DNA of 64,000 nucleotides from an uncultured Actinomycetota bacterium (GCA_963834185.1 CAWIAR010000005.1:315863-379862); one strand, 5' to 3'; shown: positions 31,758 through 42,890, counted from the first letter of the stretch. Program-made: numbers and translations. Notes: generated from the sequence alone by a model not told the origin.

Positions 31758-32947
31758 GCACGATCTGCTTCGACCTCCGCGCGCTGCAAGTCGGGCACCA
31801 GCATCGCGGCATCGGTATGTATGTGCGCAGCGTGCTCGAACACCTGGTGCCCGACGGCAACACCTATCTCGTCTACTGCTTCGATTCCGGCGACCCCATC
31901 GTCGACCTGGGCATCGAGACGCAGATTCAGTACGAGGTCGTCAGCACCAGGGCCTTGGCCACAGCCCCGAACTCGCTGCGGGATGTCCCGGACACCTACC
32001 GCGTGATGCACCACGGCTTCCCGGCACTGCAGCGTCGCCGGCCGGATACGTTCGTGCAATTCGACTTCACCCTCGGCGTTCCGGCGTGGCCCGGAGTCCG
32101 CACAGTGGTGATCGGCTACGACCTCATTCCGTTGATCATGAAGAACGAATATCTGCCCAGCCCGTGGTTTGCGTTCAGCCACTCACCGCACCGGGTGCGA
32201 GGCGCATTGCGTGCGCTCTATCATCGCTATCGCTATCGGATATTCTATGCGACCTATCGAACCGCCGACGTCATCGTCTGCATCTCCGAGGCCACGGCCC
32301 ATTCGTTTCATCGGCTGCTCGACATTCCCCATGAGCGGCTCCGGGTGGTACCGCTCGCGCCGGTCCTCGCCCGTGACGAATCCGATGGGCCGGTGCGAGA
32401 TCTGATCTCCAAGCCCTACGTGTTCTATCTCGGAGGGGTCGACCACCGCAAGCGGGTCGAAGACATCGTTCGCGCTTTCGACATCGCGCGCGGCCGGGGA
32501 GCCGACCTCGCGCTGGTTCTCGCCGGTCAGGAATTCCGCAGCATTGATGAATTGCCCGACGGGCCGCTGAAGCGGTCATTGCGTGAGAGCCCCTACCGGG
32601 ACGACATCATCATGCTCGGCTTCGTCTCCGACAATGAGAAACTCCGGCTGTACCGGCGGGCCCACGCGTTCGTCTTCACCTCGATCTACGAGGGCTTCGG
32701 GCTGCCGGTGGTCGAGGCGATGGCCGCCGGCTGCCCGGTCATCGCCTACGACAACTCCTCCATCGGTGAGGCGGCCGGCGACGCCGGCCTGCTCGTCGAG
32801 ACCGGGGACTACGTGGCAGTCGCCCGCAGGCTCCTCGAGCTGGAGGACCCGACGCTGCGCGCGGAGCTGATCGACCGTGGCAAGCGGCAGGCGGCGACGT
32901 TCGGCTGGGACAAGCACGTGGCCGAGTTCCAGGAAATCCTGCAGTGA
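31754..32947 (+). CDS. GT4 glycosyltransferase
   Basis: RGIGMYV, YDLIPL, GGVDHRKR, FTSIYEGFGLPVVEAMAAG. Confidence 0.92.
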   Translation: MSTICFDLRALQVGHQHRGIGMYVRSVLEHLVPDGNTYLVYCFDSGDPIVDLGIETQIQYEVVSTRALATAPNSLRDVPDTYRVMHHGFPALQRRRPDTFVQFDFTLGVPAWPGVRTVVIGYDLIPLIMKNEYLPSPWFAFSHSPHRVRGALRALYHRYRYRIFYATYRTADVIVCISEATAHSFHRLLDIPHERLRVVPLAPVLARDESDGPVRDLISKPYVFYLGGVDHRKRVEDIVRAFDIARGRGADLALVLAGQEFRSIDELPDGPLKRSLRESPYRDDIIMLGFVSDNEKLRLYRRAHAFVFTSIYEGFGLPVVEAMAAGCPVIAYDNSSIGEAAGDAGLLVETGDYVAVARRLLELEDPTLRAELIDRGKRQAATFGWDKHVAEFQEILQ

Positions 32948-34102
32948 GTCCCGCGCCCCCGCCGCCCGGGCGTCCACCTCGGCTCGCCGTGCTCCTCGAC
33001 CCGCGCGACGAGAACGCGCCGAGCATGGACCTGTCCGGGGAGCAGCTGGTCGACGCACTGCACGACTGGCCGGCCGAGGTGGACGTGTCACCGGTGCAGC
33101 TGCGCATGCCGCGGCTCGCCAGGTCCATCCCCCGCGTCGGATCCCGACACGCCGCGCTGAACGCCGACCGGTTGATCGGCCGCTTCCTGGCAGCCGAGGC
33201 GAGCGCGTTGAACGCCCGGCGCGGACACGACCTGTTCCACGTCGTCGATCACGTCTACGCCCACCTGGTCCGGGCGCTGCCGGCCGGCCGCGCCGGGGTC
33301 TACTGCCACGATCTCGATGCTTTCCGTTCCGTGCTGCAGCCGACGGAGTATCCGAAACCGGCCTGGTTCCGATGGATGACAACGGCGACCCTGCGCGGCG
33401 TCGAACAGGCCGCCGTGGTCTTCCACAGCACCCGGGCGGTGGGCGCCGAACTGCTCGCGCACGGCGTCGTCGATCCGGCGCGTCTGGTCCACGCTCCGTA
33501 CGGCGTCGGCACCGAGTTCGGGCCGGCACCGGCAGCGCGGGACCCGCATGTGCTCCAGGTGGCCGGCACCTGCGGTGCTCCCTATCTGCTCCATGTCGGT
33601 AGCGCGTTGCCGCGCAAGCGGATCGATGTGTTGCTCGACGTGTTCGCCCGGGTCCGCCGCAGCCATCCCGGGCTGTTGCTGGTGCAACAGGGTGCAGCGT
33701 TCGACGAATCGCTTCGGGCGCAGGTGGACAGATTGGGGCTGGCCGACGCCATCCGGCAGCCGTCGCGGTTGGACCGGGCCGGGTTGGCCGCGCTCTACCG
33801 GAATGCCGCCGCTGTGTTGGTCACCAGTGAATCGGAAGGCTTCGGCCTGCCGGTGATCGAGGCGTTGGCCTGCGGGGCGCCGGTGGTGGCGTCGGACATC
33901 CCGGTGCTGCGCGAAGTCGGCGGCGACGCCTGCACCTATTGCCCGGTCGGCAACCTCGACGCAATGGGCCGAGGACGTGCTCCGGGTGATCACGGGTGGT
34001 GCCGCCCCACCGCCGACCGCACGACTCGCGCAGGCCGCTCGGTACACCTGGACGGCGCATGCCCGCACCGTTCTGGACGCCTACCGGCTGCTCGCGTCCT
34101 GA
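32944..34102 (+). CDS. GT4 glycosyltransferase (apparent frameshift near the 3' end)
   Basis: PSMDL, DHVYAHL, CHDLD, VGSALPRKR, SEGFGLPVIEALACG; alternative-frame end ..YRLLAS* at 34102. Confidence 0.88.
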
Positions 34103-34111
34103 TCCCGGCAG

Positions 34112-35404
34112 TCAGGCGCCGGGCCCGGACGCCAAACTGGCGTCCAACGCCAGGAACCCGGTCCCTCGACCCGAGGCGTGCACGGTCAGGGTGGCGGCGT
34201 GCATCAGCCGATGCAGCTCGATGCCGTTGAGCCGAGCGATGCTCGCGGTGATGCCGTATTGGCCCTCCCCCAGTGCGAGGTCAGGCAAGCGGAAGACGAA
34301 CGTCTGTCGATCGCTCAGGGGCGGGATCGTCAGGCCCATCAGCCTGGTACTGGTGCCGTAGATCACCTGGCCGAGGGTGGTCTCGATGGAGATGCCGATC
34401 GTGGGGTCGGGCAACCCGTGGTGCACGTCGACGTCCACCGCTATCCGCAGCTCCGCGCCCGGGGCGAGCGACTCGACCGGGTTGCCGTCGCCATCGGTCA
34501 GCCGCACGCCCAGCACGGTGGCCGCAAGCTCTGAAGCAGCGGGATGCTCAGCGGCCAGCGGGAGTGCCGGCACCGGCTCACCGTCGAGCGCGATGGCCGG
34601 GCCACCGGGCACCTCGACGCGCGCGGCCTGCGCCTGCAGGGCCTCCTGCCTGCGGATGAGCTCGAAGTCCGCCCGCAGATGCCGCAGGGCGTCGACCGGG
34701 TCACCGTCGACCTGCACCTCGCCGTGCTCCAGGACGATCGCCCGGTCGCACAGGTCGGCGACCTGGTCCAGCGAGTGAGTGACCACCACGATGGTGCGTC
34801 CCTCCTCCTGGAACTGCCGGATCCGGTCCATGCACTTGCGCTGGAACGGCTCATCGCCCACCGCCAGCACCTCGTCGACCAGCAGCACATCCGGGTCGAC
34901 GTGCACGGCGACGGCGAACGCAAGCCGGACGTACATGCCCGAGGAATAGAACTTGACCTGGGTGTCGATGAACGGCTCGATGCCGGAGAAGGCGATGATC
35001 CCGTCGAAGAACTCGTCCGTCTGTTTGCGGCTGAGTCCGAGGATCGATGCATTGAGGTAGACGTTCTCCCGGCCGGTCAGATCCGGATGGAACCCGGCGC
35101 CGAGCTCGAGCAGGGCGGCAAGCCGGCCCCGGTGTTCGACGGTGCCGGTGGTCGGCTGCAGGATCCCGCCGATGAGCTTGAGCAACGTCGACTTACCCGA
35201 TCCGTTCGGGCCGATGAGACCTACGGTGCTGCCGGCTCCGATCTCCAGGTCGATGTCCTTGAGCGCCCAGAAGTCATCCTTGTGCGCATTCGACCGTCCG
35301 AGGTTGACCAGCCGTTCCTTGAGGGACTTCTCCTTGCGGATGACGAAACGTTTCGATGCCCCGGAGACCTTGATGACGGTTGGTGCCGTTGACACTGCGG
35401 TCAT
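34112..35404 (-). CDS. wzt: Polysaccharide ABC exporter ATPase with Wzt C-terminal domain
   Basis: FWALKDI, GPNGSGKST, GAGFHPDLTGREN, YSSGMYVRLAF, DEVLAVGD; beta-rich C-terminal extension (LALGEGQY). Confidence 0.93.
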   Translation of the reverse strand: MTAVSTAPTVIKVSGASKRFVIRKEKSLKERLVNLGRSNAHKDDFWALKDIDLEIGAGSTVGLIGPNGSGKSTLLKLIGGILQPTTGTVEHRGRLAALLELGAGFHPDLTGRENVYLNASILGLSRKQTDEFFDGIIAFSGIEPFIDTQVKFYSSGMYVRLAFAVAVHVDPDVLLVDEVLAVGDEPFQRKCMDRIRQFQEEGRTIVVVTHSLDQVADLCDRAIVLEHGEVQVDGDPVDALRHLRADFELIRRQEALQAQAARVEVPGGPAIALDGEPVPALPLAAEHPAASELAATVLGVRLTDGDGNPVESLAPGAELRIAVDVDVHHGLPDPTIGISIETTLGQVIYGTSTRLMGLTIPPLSDRQTFVFRLPDLALGEGQYGITASIARLNGIELHRLMHAATLTVHASGRGTGFLALDASLASGPGA

Positions 35405-36306
35405 CACAGTTCCTGCGCGAAATTGCTCTGCAACCGGGCGAACGCCCGCTGGCACAGCCAGACCAGGACGAGCCCGATGGCGAAGGCGATGGCCAGGCGG
35501 GCGCCGAGGCCCGTCGGTGACGGAAGGTCCGAGCCGGCCACCCACATCCCCCGCTGGAAGGCAAGGATCGACAGGGTCACCGGGTTCATCAGGTACAGGG
35601 ACTCCGCCCAACCGGTGATCTCCCCGCTGACCTGCTGCCAGGAATAGACCACCGGTGACAGCCAGAAGCCGACCATCAGCACGATCTCCACCAGATACTG
35701 GATGTCGCGGAGATAGACGTTGATGGCCGACAACAGGAACGCGAACGCGGTCGCCCAGACCAGCAACACCGCGGTCCCGGCCACCACCCAGAGCAGCCGC
35801 TCGGGGCTGGGCACCGCGCCGGCGAGCACCGTGGCCAGGAACAGGATGATCAATTGGATGACGAAGTTGAAAAGTGCCGACCCGATGGCCGCGAGCGGGA
35901 ACACCTCGCGGGGCAGGTAGATCTTCTTGACCAAGCCGCCGTTGGTCACGATCGAGCCGGTGCCGGTGGTCACGATCTCGGAGAACAGCTGCCAGGCGGT
36001 CAGCCCGGTGAACACGTAGATGGCGAAGTCGGGTATCGCTCGCTCGGCGCCGAGGAACTTGCCGATCGCCACGTAATAGACCAACAGCAGGGCGAGCGGG
36101 CGGATCAAGGTCCAGACGAAGCCGAGGACGCTGTCCTTGTACTTGGCCTTGAGCTCACGGCGGACCAGCAGGTTCAGCAGTTCGCGGTACTCCCAGACCC
36201 CCCGGACACTGGCCGCGGTCCCGGTGATGAAGCCACCACGGGGACCGGAGGGGACCAAGGGCTCGGCAGCCAGCCGGGTCCACCGGTCGTGCCCAGGATC
36301 CGCCAT
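35404..36306 (-). CDS. wzm: Polysaccharide ABC exporter permease
   Basis: RELKAKYKDSVLGFVW, LVKKIYLPRE, YLRDIQY, SPVVYS, NPVT, FAQEL. Confidence 0.93.
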   Translation of the reverse strand: MADPGHDRWTRLAAEPLVPSGPRGGFITGTAASVRGVWEYRELLNLLVRRELKAKYKDSVLGFVWTLIRPLALLLVYYVAIGKFLGAERAIPDFAIYVFTGLTAWQLFSEIVTTGTGSIVTNGGLVKKIYLPREVFPLAAIGSALFNFVIQLIILFLATVLAGAVPSPERLLWVVAGTAVLLVWATAFAFLLSAINVYLRDIQYLVEIVLMVGFWLSPVVYSWQQVSGEITGWAESLYLMNPVTLSILAFQRGMWVAGSDLPSPTGLGARLAIAFAIGLVLVWLCQRAFARLQSNFAQEL

Positions 36307-36503
36307 CTGCCCTCGTTCTTGCTCGCCGCCGGGTTCCAGGTGAAACCGGCGCGGACCGCTTCCGGCCGCCAGCGGACCAGCCTAGCCAACACCGACGCCC
36401 GACTCGGCGATCGCCGGCCGGAGCGTTCCGCGGTCGCCCATGCCGGGCCGGGTCGGGGCGGCTGACGGTCGACTCCGGCGATGTGACGGGTCACACTGTC
36501 CCG

Positions 36504-38575
36504 ATGCCGAAGCTCTCCCAGCACCTCATCGGGGTCCGTCGCACGCTCACCAGCACGATCCTGGCGCTCCTGCTGACGGTCGCCCTCGTCCCTCCGGCCG
36601 GTGCGGCGGTGGCTGCATCTGCGTCAACTCCCGCAGGGCAGGGCTCGGACAGCGACGCCGACGGCGGCAACGACAACGCCAGGGCCATCGATGCGGACAA
36701 CGCCGCCGCCCAGGGCGAGGAGCCGGTGGCTCCGTCGGCGACACCGCTGAGCAAGGCATCCACCGCCGGCCGCGGCGGCGACCACGGAGGTCGGCACGGC
36801 GGCCGCGGTCGGCGGCACCACGGCCACGTTCGTCGGGCACGGCCAGGGTCACCTGCGCGGGATGAGCCAGTGGGGCTCGTTCGGGTACGCGGTGGACTAC
36901 GGCTGGTCGTACACCAAGATCCTCGATCACTACTACGGCGGCACCGTGATGGGCACGGTCCCGAACTCGACGATGACCATCCGGCTGCGGGCCCAGACCG
37001 GCAAGAACCTGATCGTCACCGGAACCTCGATGCGCATCAACGGAACTGCGACATCCCGCAAGGCGCTGCGGGTGGTGCGGGTCGGCGCCAACAAGTTTCG
37101 GGTGGACGGGGCCAACGCCTGTGGCGGGCCGTGGACCATCGGTGCCGCACGCACCGGACCAGTGGTGATCAGCCGGCCCGGCTGGAACACCACCCGGTCG
37201 AGCACCCTGCTCGGTGTCTGCAGCAGCAATCAGGTGCGCTACTACGGGGGCACATTGACCTCGGTGGACGCGGGCGGCGTGCACGAGTCGGTGGACGCGA
37301 TCCCGCTGGAGACCTACCTGCGCGGCGTGGTCCCCCGCGAATCACCGGCCTACTGGGGATCGGGTGGCGGCGGTAAGGGCATCAACGCACTGCGGAGCCA
37401 GGCGGTCGCCGCCCGCTCCTACGCCCTGGCCTCGACCAACACCTCGTATGCGAAGACCTGCGACACCACCGAGTGTCAGGTGTACGGCGGCATGTACCTG
37501 CGAGCCGGGTCCGGACCGGTCGAGGCCCTGCACAGTGCGAACTCCGACCGCGCGGTTGCCGACACCCGCGGAAAGGTCCGCAAGTATCGCAGCACCGGGG
37601 CGATCGCCCGGACCGAGTTCGGCGCCTCCAGCGGCGGTTGGACGGCGGGCGAGACCTTCCCGGCCGTACAGGACCTGGGCGACGACACCACTGACCAGAC
37701 CGGCCTGCACAACCCGTACCACAACTGGACCTTCAAGTTCTCGATGGCCCAGGTGGAATCGGCGCTGGGCATCTCGGGCATCACCGACATCCGGGTGACT
37801 GCCACCGCCGGCGTCGGTCCGACCGGCGGCAAGGCCACCCGGACCACGGTCTATGCCGCCTCCGGCCAGTACACCTTCGACGGCGACACCATCCGCCGGG
37901 CCTTCGGGTTGTACAGCAACTGGTTCCGCATCACCACGGACACCGCCGCGCGGCGCAGCGCCACCTCCGTCGTGCAGGCGCTGTATCACGACCTGCTCGG
38001 GCGTCCGGCGGATGCTGCGGGGCTGCGGACGTGGGTGAATCGCATGGTGGCCGGCGGATCGGCCAAGCAGGTCGCCGACGCACTCACCGCGTCGGCCGAG
38101 TACAGCCGGGTGGTGACCAAGCGCTTGTACGCCGGCGCGACCGGCGCCACTCCGAACGCCTCGACGCTTGAGCACGTGGACCACCCGCTGGAAGACCTGG
38201 ACGTACGCGAAGGCGGCGGGGACGGTGTACGGATCGGATGCCGCGTTCCGGCATGCCGGCTCGACCACCAACCGCTGGATCGACCTGGTCTTCCGCGGAG
38301 TCCTCGGCACCGGAGCGTCCGCCGCGTCCATCGCCTACTGGCGCAAGTCCGTCGCAGCGTACGGCCGGACCCGCACAGCGGAACGCATCGCAGGGTCGGC
38401 CACGGCCGGCCGGTGGGGGCTGCGGGTCCTCTACCGGACGATGCTCGGCGGCTCGCCGAGCAGCGGCGCGCTGGCGCACTATTCGGCCGAGATGACCAAA
38501 CGGGGGATCTTCACGCGGCCGGGCCTGGTGGCGAACTCCTCCGCGTACCGGTCCAGGGCCCAGCGGCTCTACTGA
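36504..38575 (+). CDS. Secreted SpoIID/LytB lytic-transglycosylase-family protein with C-terminal DUF4214-like repeats (apparent frameshifts)
   Basis: Signal peptide, MSQWG..ILDHYYGGT, YLRGVVPRES, ALRSQAVAARSY, CDTTECQVY; tail LYHDLLGRPADAAGLRTW..ASAEY plus three degenerate repeats. Confidence 0.82.
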
Positions 38576-38594
38576 CCGGCCGAGACCCGGCACC

Positions 38595-40129
38595 TCAAGC
38601 GGGTCCACCGGTCAGCACGGCCCAGGTGTCCCTGGCGTATGCATCCCAGGTGCCTGCCGGTCGGGCCCTGGCCTCCGCGGTCAGTCTGGCGAGCAACTCG
38701 TCGTCGGTGAGCAGGGCGCGCATCGCGTCGGTCACGCTGTCGTCATCCCGCGGGTCGACCAGCAGCGCGCCGCCGCCCGCGTCGGCGATCTCCTTCATGG
38801 CGCCGAAGTTCGAGGTGATCACCGGTGTGCCGCAGGCCAGCGACTCGGCCACCGGCAGCCCGAAGCCCTCGTTGACCGAAGGAAAGACCGTGAATCGCGC
38901 AGCTCGGTAGCCGCCGAACAGCAGCTCGTCGGTGGCCGCCGAGATCGCCTCCACGGGCCGTGCCGGCGCTCTGAAGTCGCTGGCAGTGCCTCGGTGAACG
39001 CCTCACTGTTCCAGGAGTTTCCGCCGATGAAGGTCAGGCGTGAAGATCACGACCCTCCCGCCAGAGCCGCTCCGCGGCGTGCAGCACCGCGACGTGATTC
39101 TTCCGGGGCTCGTGCGAGCCGACCACCAGCACCAGCGGGGGCTGCGCCGACGGTCAACCGTTCGGCCGCCCGGGCGGTCTGCGTCCGGATCGTCCCGAGG
39201 GGCATGGCTGGGCAACACCACCGGCTCGATCCGCGGGCCGGACAGCCCGGTGCCGGCCAGCATGTCCCGCCAGCCCAGGTACTCACCTGCCGCCCCGTGC
39301 GAGATCGGCGCGATCACCCTGGCGTAGCGGCCGGCGGCCAGATTGCGGGCGAACCCTGGTGCCATTCCCTCGTGGCTGGTTTCCGCGGTGGTGATCGGCA
39401 CCAGGTCATAGCCGATGAGCCCGAACGTGGTCCCGGAGTACTGCGGCCAACGCCTGCAGGTAGGCGGTGCGGACCACCTCGGCGGCCAGTTCGGGCAACA
39501 GGTAGGTGCAGCGCCACGGCACGACGATCGGGTCGGCCACCGGCACCGCGACCGGCGGACCACCCTGCGGGCCCGCTCGGCCTCGGCCGGGGTGAGCGCC
39601 CGCATCGCGGTCATCTCCGGGCACCCAGCCGACCAGCAGCACGTCGTGATCGGCGACCCAGCGACGGGTGGCCTCCCGGGTGACCCGCTGGATCCCCGTG
39701 GCGAAGTCGGTCTGCGGCGGTGTGGTGGACGTCGACCAGCACGCGACCGGTGACCACGGTGACCGACCGCCGTTCGGCCAAGCCGTTCACCGCGCTGGTC
39801 GCCACCAACGAGCGCAGCCAGGCCTCGACGCCGTCCAGTTCGGCAGCCCTGGCTGCGGCCACGCACCTCCGCGGAGTCCGGCAGCTTGCCCTCGAGAACC
39901 GCCAGACGTCAGCCAGATGTGGGCTCGGTCGGTGGGGTCGATCAACGACGCCAGGCGCTCGTAACCGCGCCGGAGGAGGGCTGAGCGGATCGGGCCGATG
40001 CCCCTCGGCGCCTTCGGCTTCGGCGGCCAGGGTATCCGCGACCAGCGCCAATCGGTGGCGCAGAACGGTCGCTCCGGCCACCCGTCGCACCACCCCCTGG
40101 ACAGGTCGGAGCAGGTCAGGACGTCGCAC
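38595..40129 (-). CDS. GT4 glycosyltransferase with N-terminal extension (many apparent frameshifts)
   Basis: GGAGG SD plus GTG at 40129; VLVDVHHT, GYDLVPIT, APISH, FPSVNEGFGLPVAESLACG. Confidence 0.72.
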
Positions 40130-41701
40130 GTCGGTGCCTCCAGATCGACGTCGCCGCCGGTCAACTCGATCAACTCGGGCGCAACCAGGAACTCCCACAA
40201 CGCCCGCGCGTAGTCGGCCCATGTCGTCTCGGTGCGGCCGGCGATCTCGCGCCCGCAGCCTCGCCAGCTTCGGCCGGACCGGTCAGCAACGGTACGCATC
40301 GCATCGGTGAGTTCTCGATCGTTCCGTGGGTCGACGAGCAATGCGCCGCCACCGGCGCGCGATCTCCGCGGTCGAGCCGAAGTTCGAGGTGATCACCGGG
40401 AGTACCGTGCGCCAGCGATTCGGCCACCGGAAGCCCGTACCCCTCGTGCACCGACGGGAAGACGGTGAACGACGCCTCGGCGTAGGCCCGGTCGAGGTCC
40501 GCGTCGGACACGCCCTTGCGCACCTCGATCGCCCGGCCTGCTGCGGCCAGCGCGGCAGCGCGCCTCGGGAACTCCTCACCCCAGCCACTGCCGCCGATGA
40601 ACTCGAGGTGAACATCGAGACCCTCGCGCCACAGGATCTCCGCAGCGTGCAGGACGGCGAGGTGGTTCTTCCGCGGTTCGTGCGAGCCGACCACCAACAC
40701 CATCGGCGGGCTGCGGCGGATCACCCCGGGCACGCGGTCGGCCGACCGCCGGCGACGGCAAGGACACCTCCCCGACGATCGGGCCGGTCAGGCCCTGGGT
40801 CGGCAGCATCCGGGCGAAGCCGGCGAACTCGGCGGTGGCGGTGACCGAGATGCCGGCGACCCGGTCCGTGGCCGACTTGATCACGGTCAGGTAGCGGGTG
40901 AACTTGGCCGACTCGGCGGGCGGGACCATGTCGGCGGAGACCACCGGGATGGCGTCATAGCCGATCGCCACCACCCGGTTCCCGAGCACATTCCGAGGCC
41001 GGCGACCCGATCGGCGACTCCCACGGCCGGCACTTCCACCAGCACCACGACGCTGCGCCAGGGCACGAGCAAGCCGGACCTGCCCGATCGACCGCCACGT
41101 GTCGCGGCGGCCGCCCGCCGACGTCGGAACCGCGCTGCGACCAGTCGAGGATCCGTCCCGGTCTCGGCGTTCGTCGAGCCGGCGCAGCGCTCCGGCCGAT
41201 CCGTCCAGGCGACCGGGATCGACGTCCGGATGCGCGCCATGCCACTCGGGCAGCAGATTGCGCGCGACCCGCTGGATGCCGGTGTGCAGGTCGTGCTTGG
41301 CGCTGTGATCGACGTCGGCCAGTACCCCGCCGACCACGAATTCCAGCTCGGCCAGCGGTTCCCCGACCATCTGCACCCGCGACAGCGCGGCTGTCCATCA
41401 GGTACAGCGCGGTGTCCAGCGGGTCGTCGAATTCGATCCGACGACGGATGGCTTCGACTTCCCGAGGGAGCGGGTACCCGCCGGCCAGTCGCGGTCATCA
41501 GCAGCCAGACGCGCTCGTCCGGTTGTCCTCGAGACCGCGGCGATCAGCCGCTCGAGCAGTTCGCCGGCGTCGTCTCCGGCAGTCGCGGTTCCGGGAGCGG
41601 CTCGCCCGGGCAGCAGCACGGTCGCCGCGGTCCGCAGCCGAGCAGGCCAGCGCGCGACGGGCGAGCGAGCTCGACGTCACCGGCGTGGCCGGAACGGTCA
41701 C
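40130..41701 (-). CDS. GT4 glycosyltransferase, paralogue of the preceding gene (many apparent frameshifts)
   Basis: DVDHSA..TGIQRVAR, GYDAIP, VGSHEPRKNH, FPSVHEGYGLPVAESL; GTGA overlap with the FkbM stop. Confidence 0.72.
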
Positions 41702-42798
41702 CGGCCCACCACCCGGGTTCCGCGGCGCACGGTGCGCAGCGGCGCGGTCACCCGCCAGGACACCGTTGCGCGCATCGCCGCGAGTTCGCCGTTCACCGCG
41801 TCGACGTGCCGGCGCAGCTGGTCGAGTTCGGCGCCGGCCACCACGTTGCCGTCCGCCGCCCGCGCGGCCCAGGCCGACAGCGCCCGGCTGCGCCAGGCGA
41901 CCGCCGCCTTCCACGCCGCGGCCTGCTGCTCCTGCGCCTCGGCCGAGTCAGCGCGGCAGTCGGCCAGCTCTGCCTCCAAGCGGTCGCGCGCCTGCGCGTG
42001 GGCGTCGCGCTCGGCGGCCACGCCGCCCGATGGCAGCGGCCAGCCGGCTGCGCTCGGCGGACACCACCGACAACTGCCTGGCCAGCTCGTGGGTGCGGTA
42101 CGGAATGAAGTCGTCCAGCGGACTGGCCGGGCGTTCCACGGCGTCGTGCAGGTCGTCCCACTTCTCGTCGGCGACGTAGAACCGGGACAGGCCGTCGAAC
42201 TGGGCGAACCGGTAGCCGCGGTCGGTCAGCAGGTGCTCCCACTCCTCGATGGGTGGGCGTGGCGGAGGTCGGTTCCGTCGCCTCGGCGACGACGATCCAT
42301 GGCCGCCAGCGGCCGAGGTCCAGCGCCGCGGAGCACCGAGCCCTCGGCGCCCTCGACATCGATCACCAGGAAGTGGATGGGCTGGTCCTGCCAGCCCGCC
42401 TCGTCGAGCAGGGAGTCCAACGTTCGGGTCGGCACCGGGAGCTCGGTGGCCTCGCGACCGGCTGCGACGTGCCGATCGGCGAACTCGTCGACCACCGTCG
42501 ACAGGCCGGTGTCCGCGAACTCGTGCAGCACCACCTCGCCGCCGTCGACATCCGTGACCGCGACCTGGAACAGCAGGTCACGAGGCCGCTCCGTGCGCTG
42601 GGCGGCGGCGAAGGCGGGCACCGGCTCGACCGTGATCCCGTGCCATCCTGCGTCGTAGAACGCCCTGGTCACCGAGTCGACCGTCGGGTCGTTGGCCCCG
42701 ACGTCGATGTACCGACCCTCGGAGATGCCGGCCAGCGCGCGGCGCAACACGACGTCCTCGCGGTTCTGGGCGTAGGAGACGAACGGCTCGGTTGTCAC
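41698..42798 (-). CDS. Second FkbM-family methyltransferase with coiled-coil tail (apparent frameshifts)
   Basis: SYAQNREDVVL, YIDVGANDP..DSVT, IDVEGAE, WRPWIVV; tail ..VSWRVTAPLR. Confidence 0.85.
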
Positions 42799-42804
42799 CG
42801 TGGG

Positions 42805-42810
42805 ATGATA
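42805..42810 (-). promoter_or_regulatory. -10 box TATCAT 6 nt upstream of GTG (leaderless-type start)
   Basis: TATCAT-cccacg-GTG(42798), no SD. Confidence 0.55.
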
Positions 42811-42890
42811 TCGACTCGATCTTGGCGCCCGGCCCAGGCGACGGTGGTCAGCCCCCGGTGGTCAACCGAGCTGGTCCGTCCGATGCCGAG

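Noticed and set aside
22323-36306. True LPS/lipid A biosynthesis or a chimeric Gram-negative contig
   Set aside because: No lipid A, core or WaaL genes are present, and the block sits in continuous actinobacterial synteny and shares the 72-bp repeat with the purE region. Read-level confirmation is still advisable.
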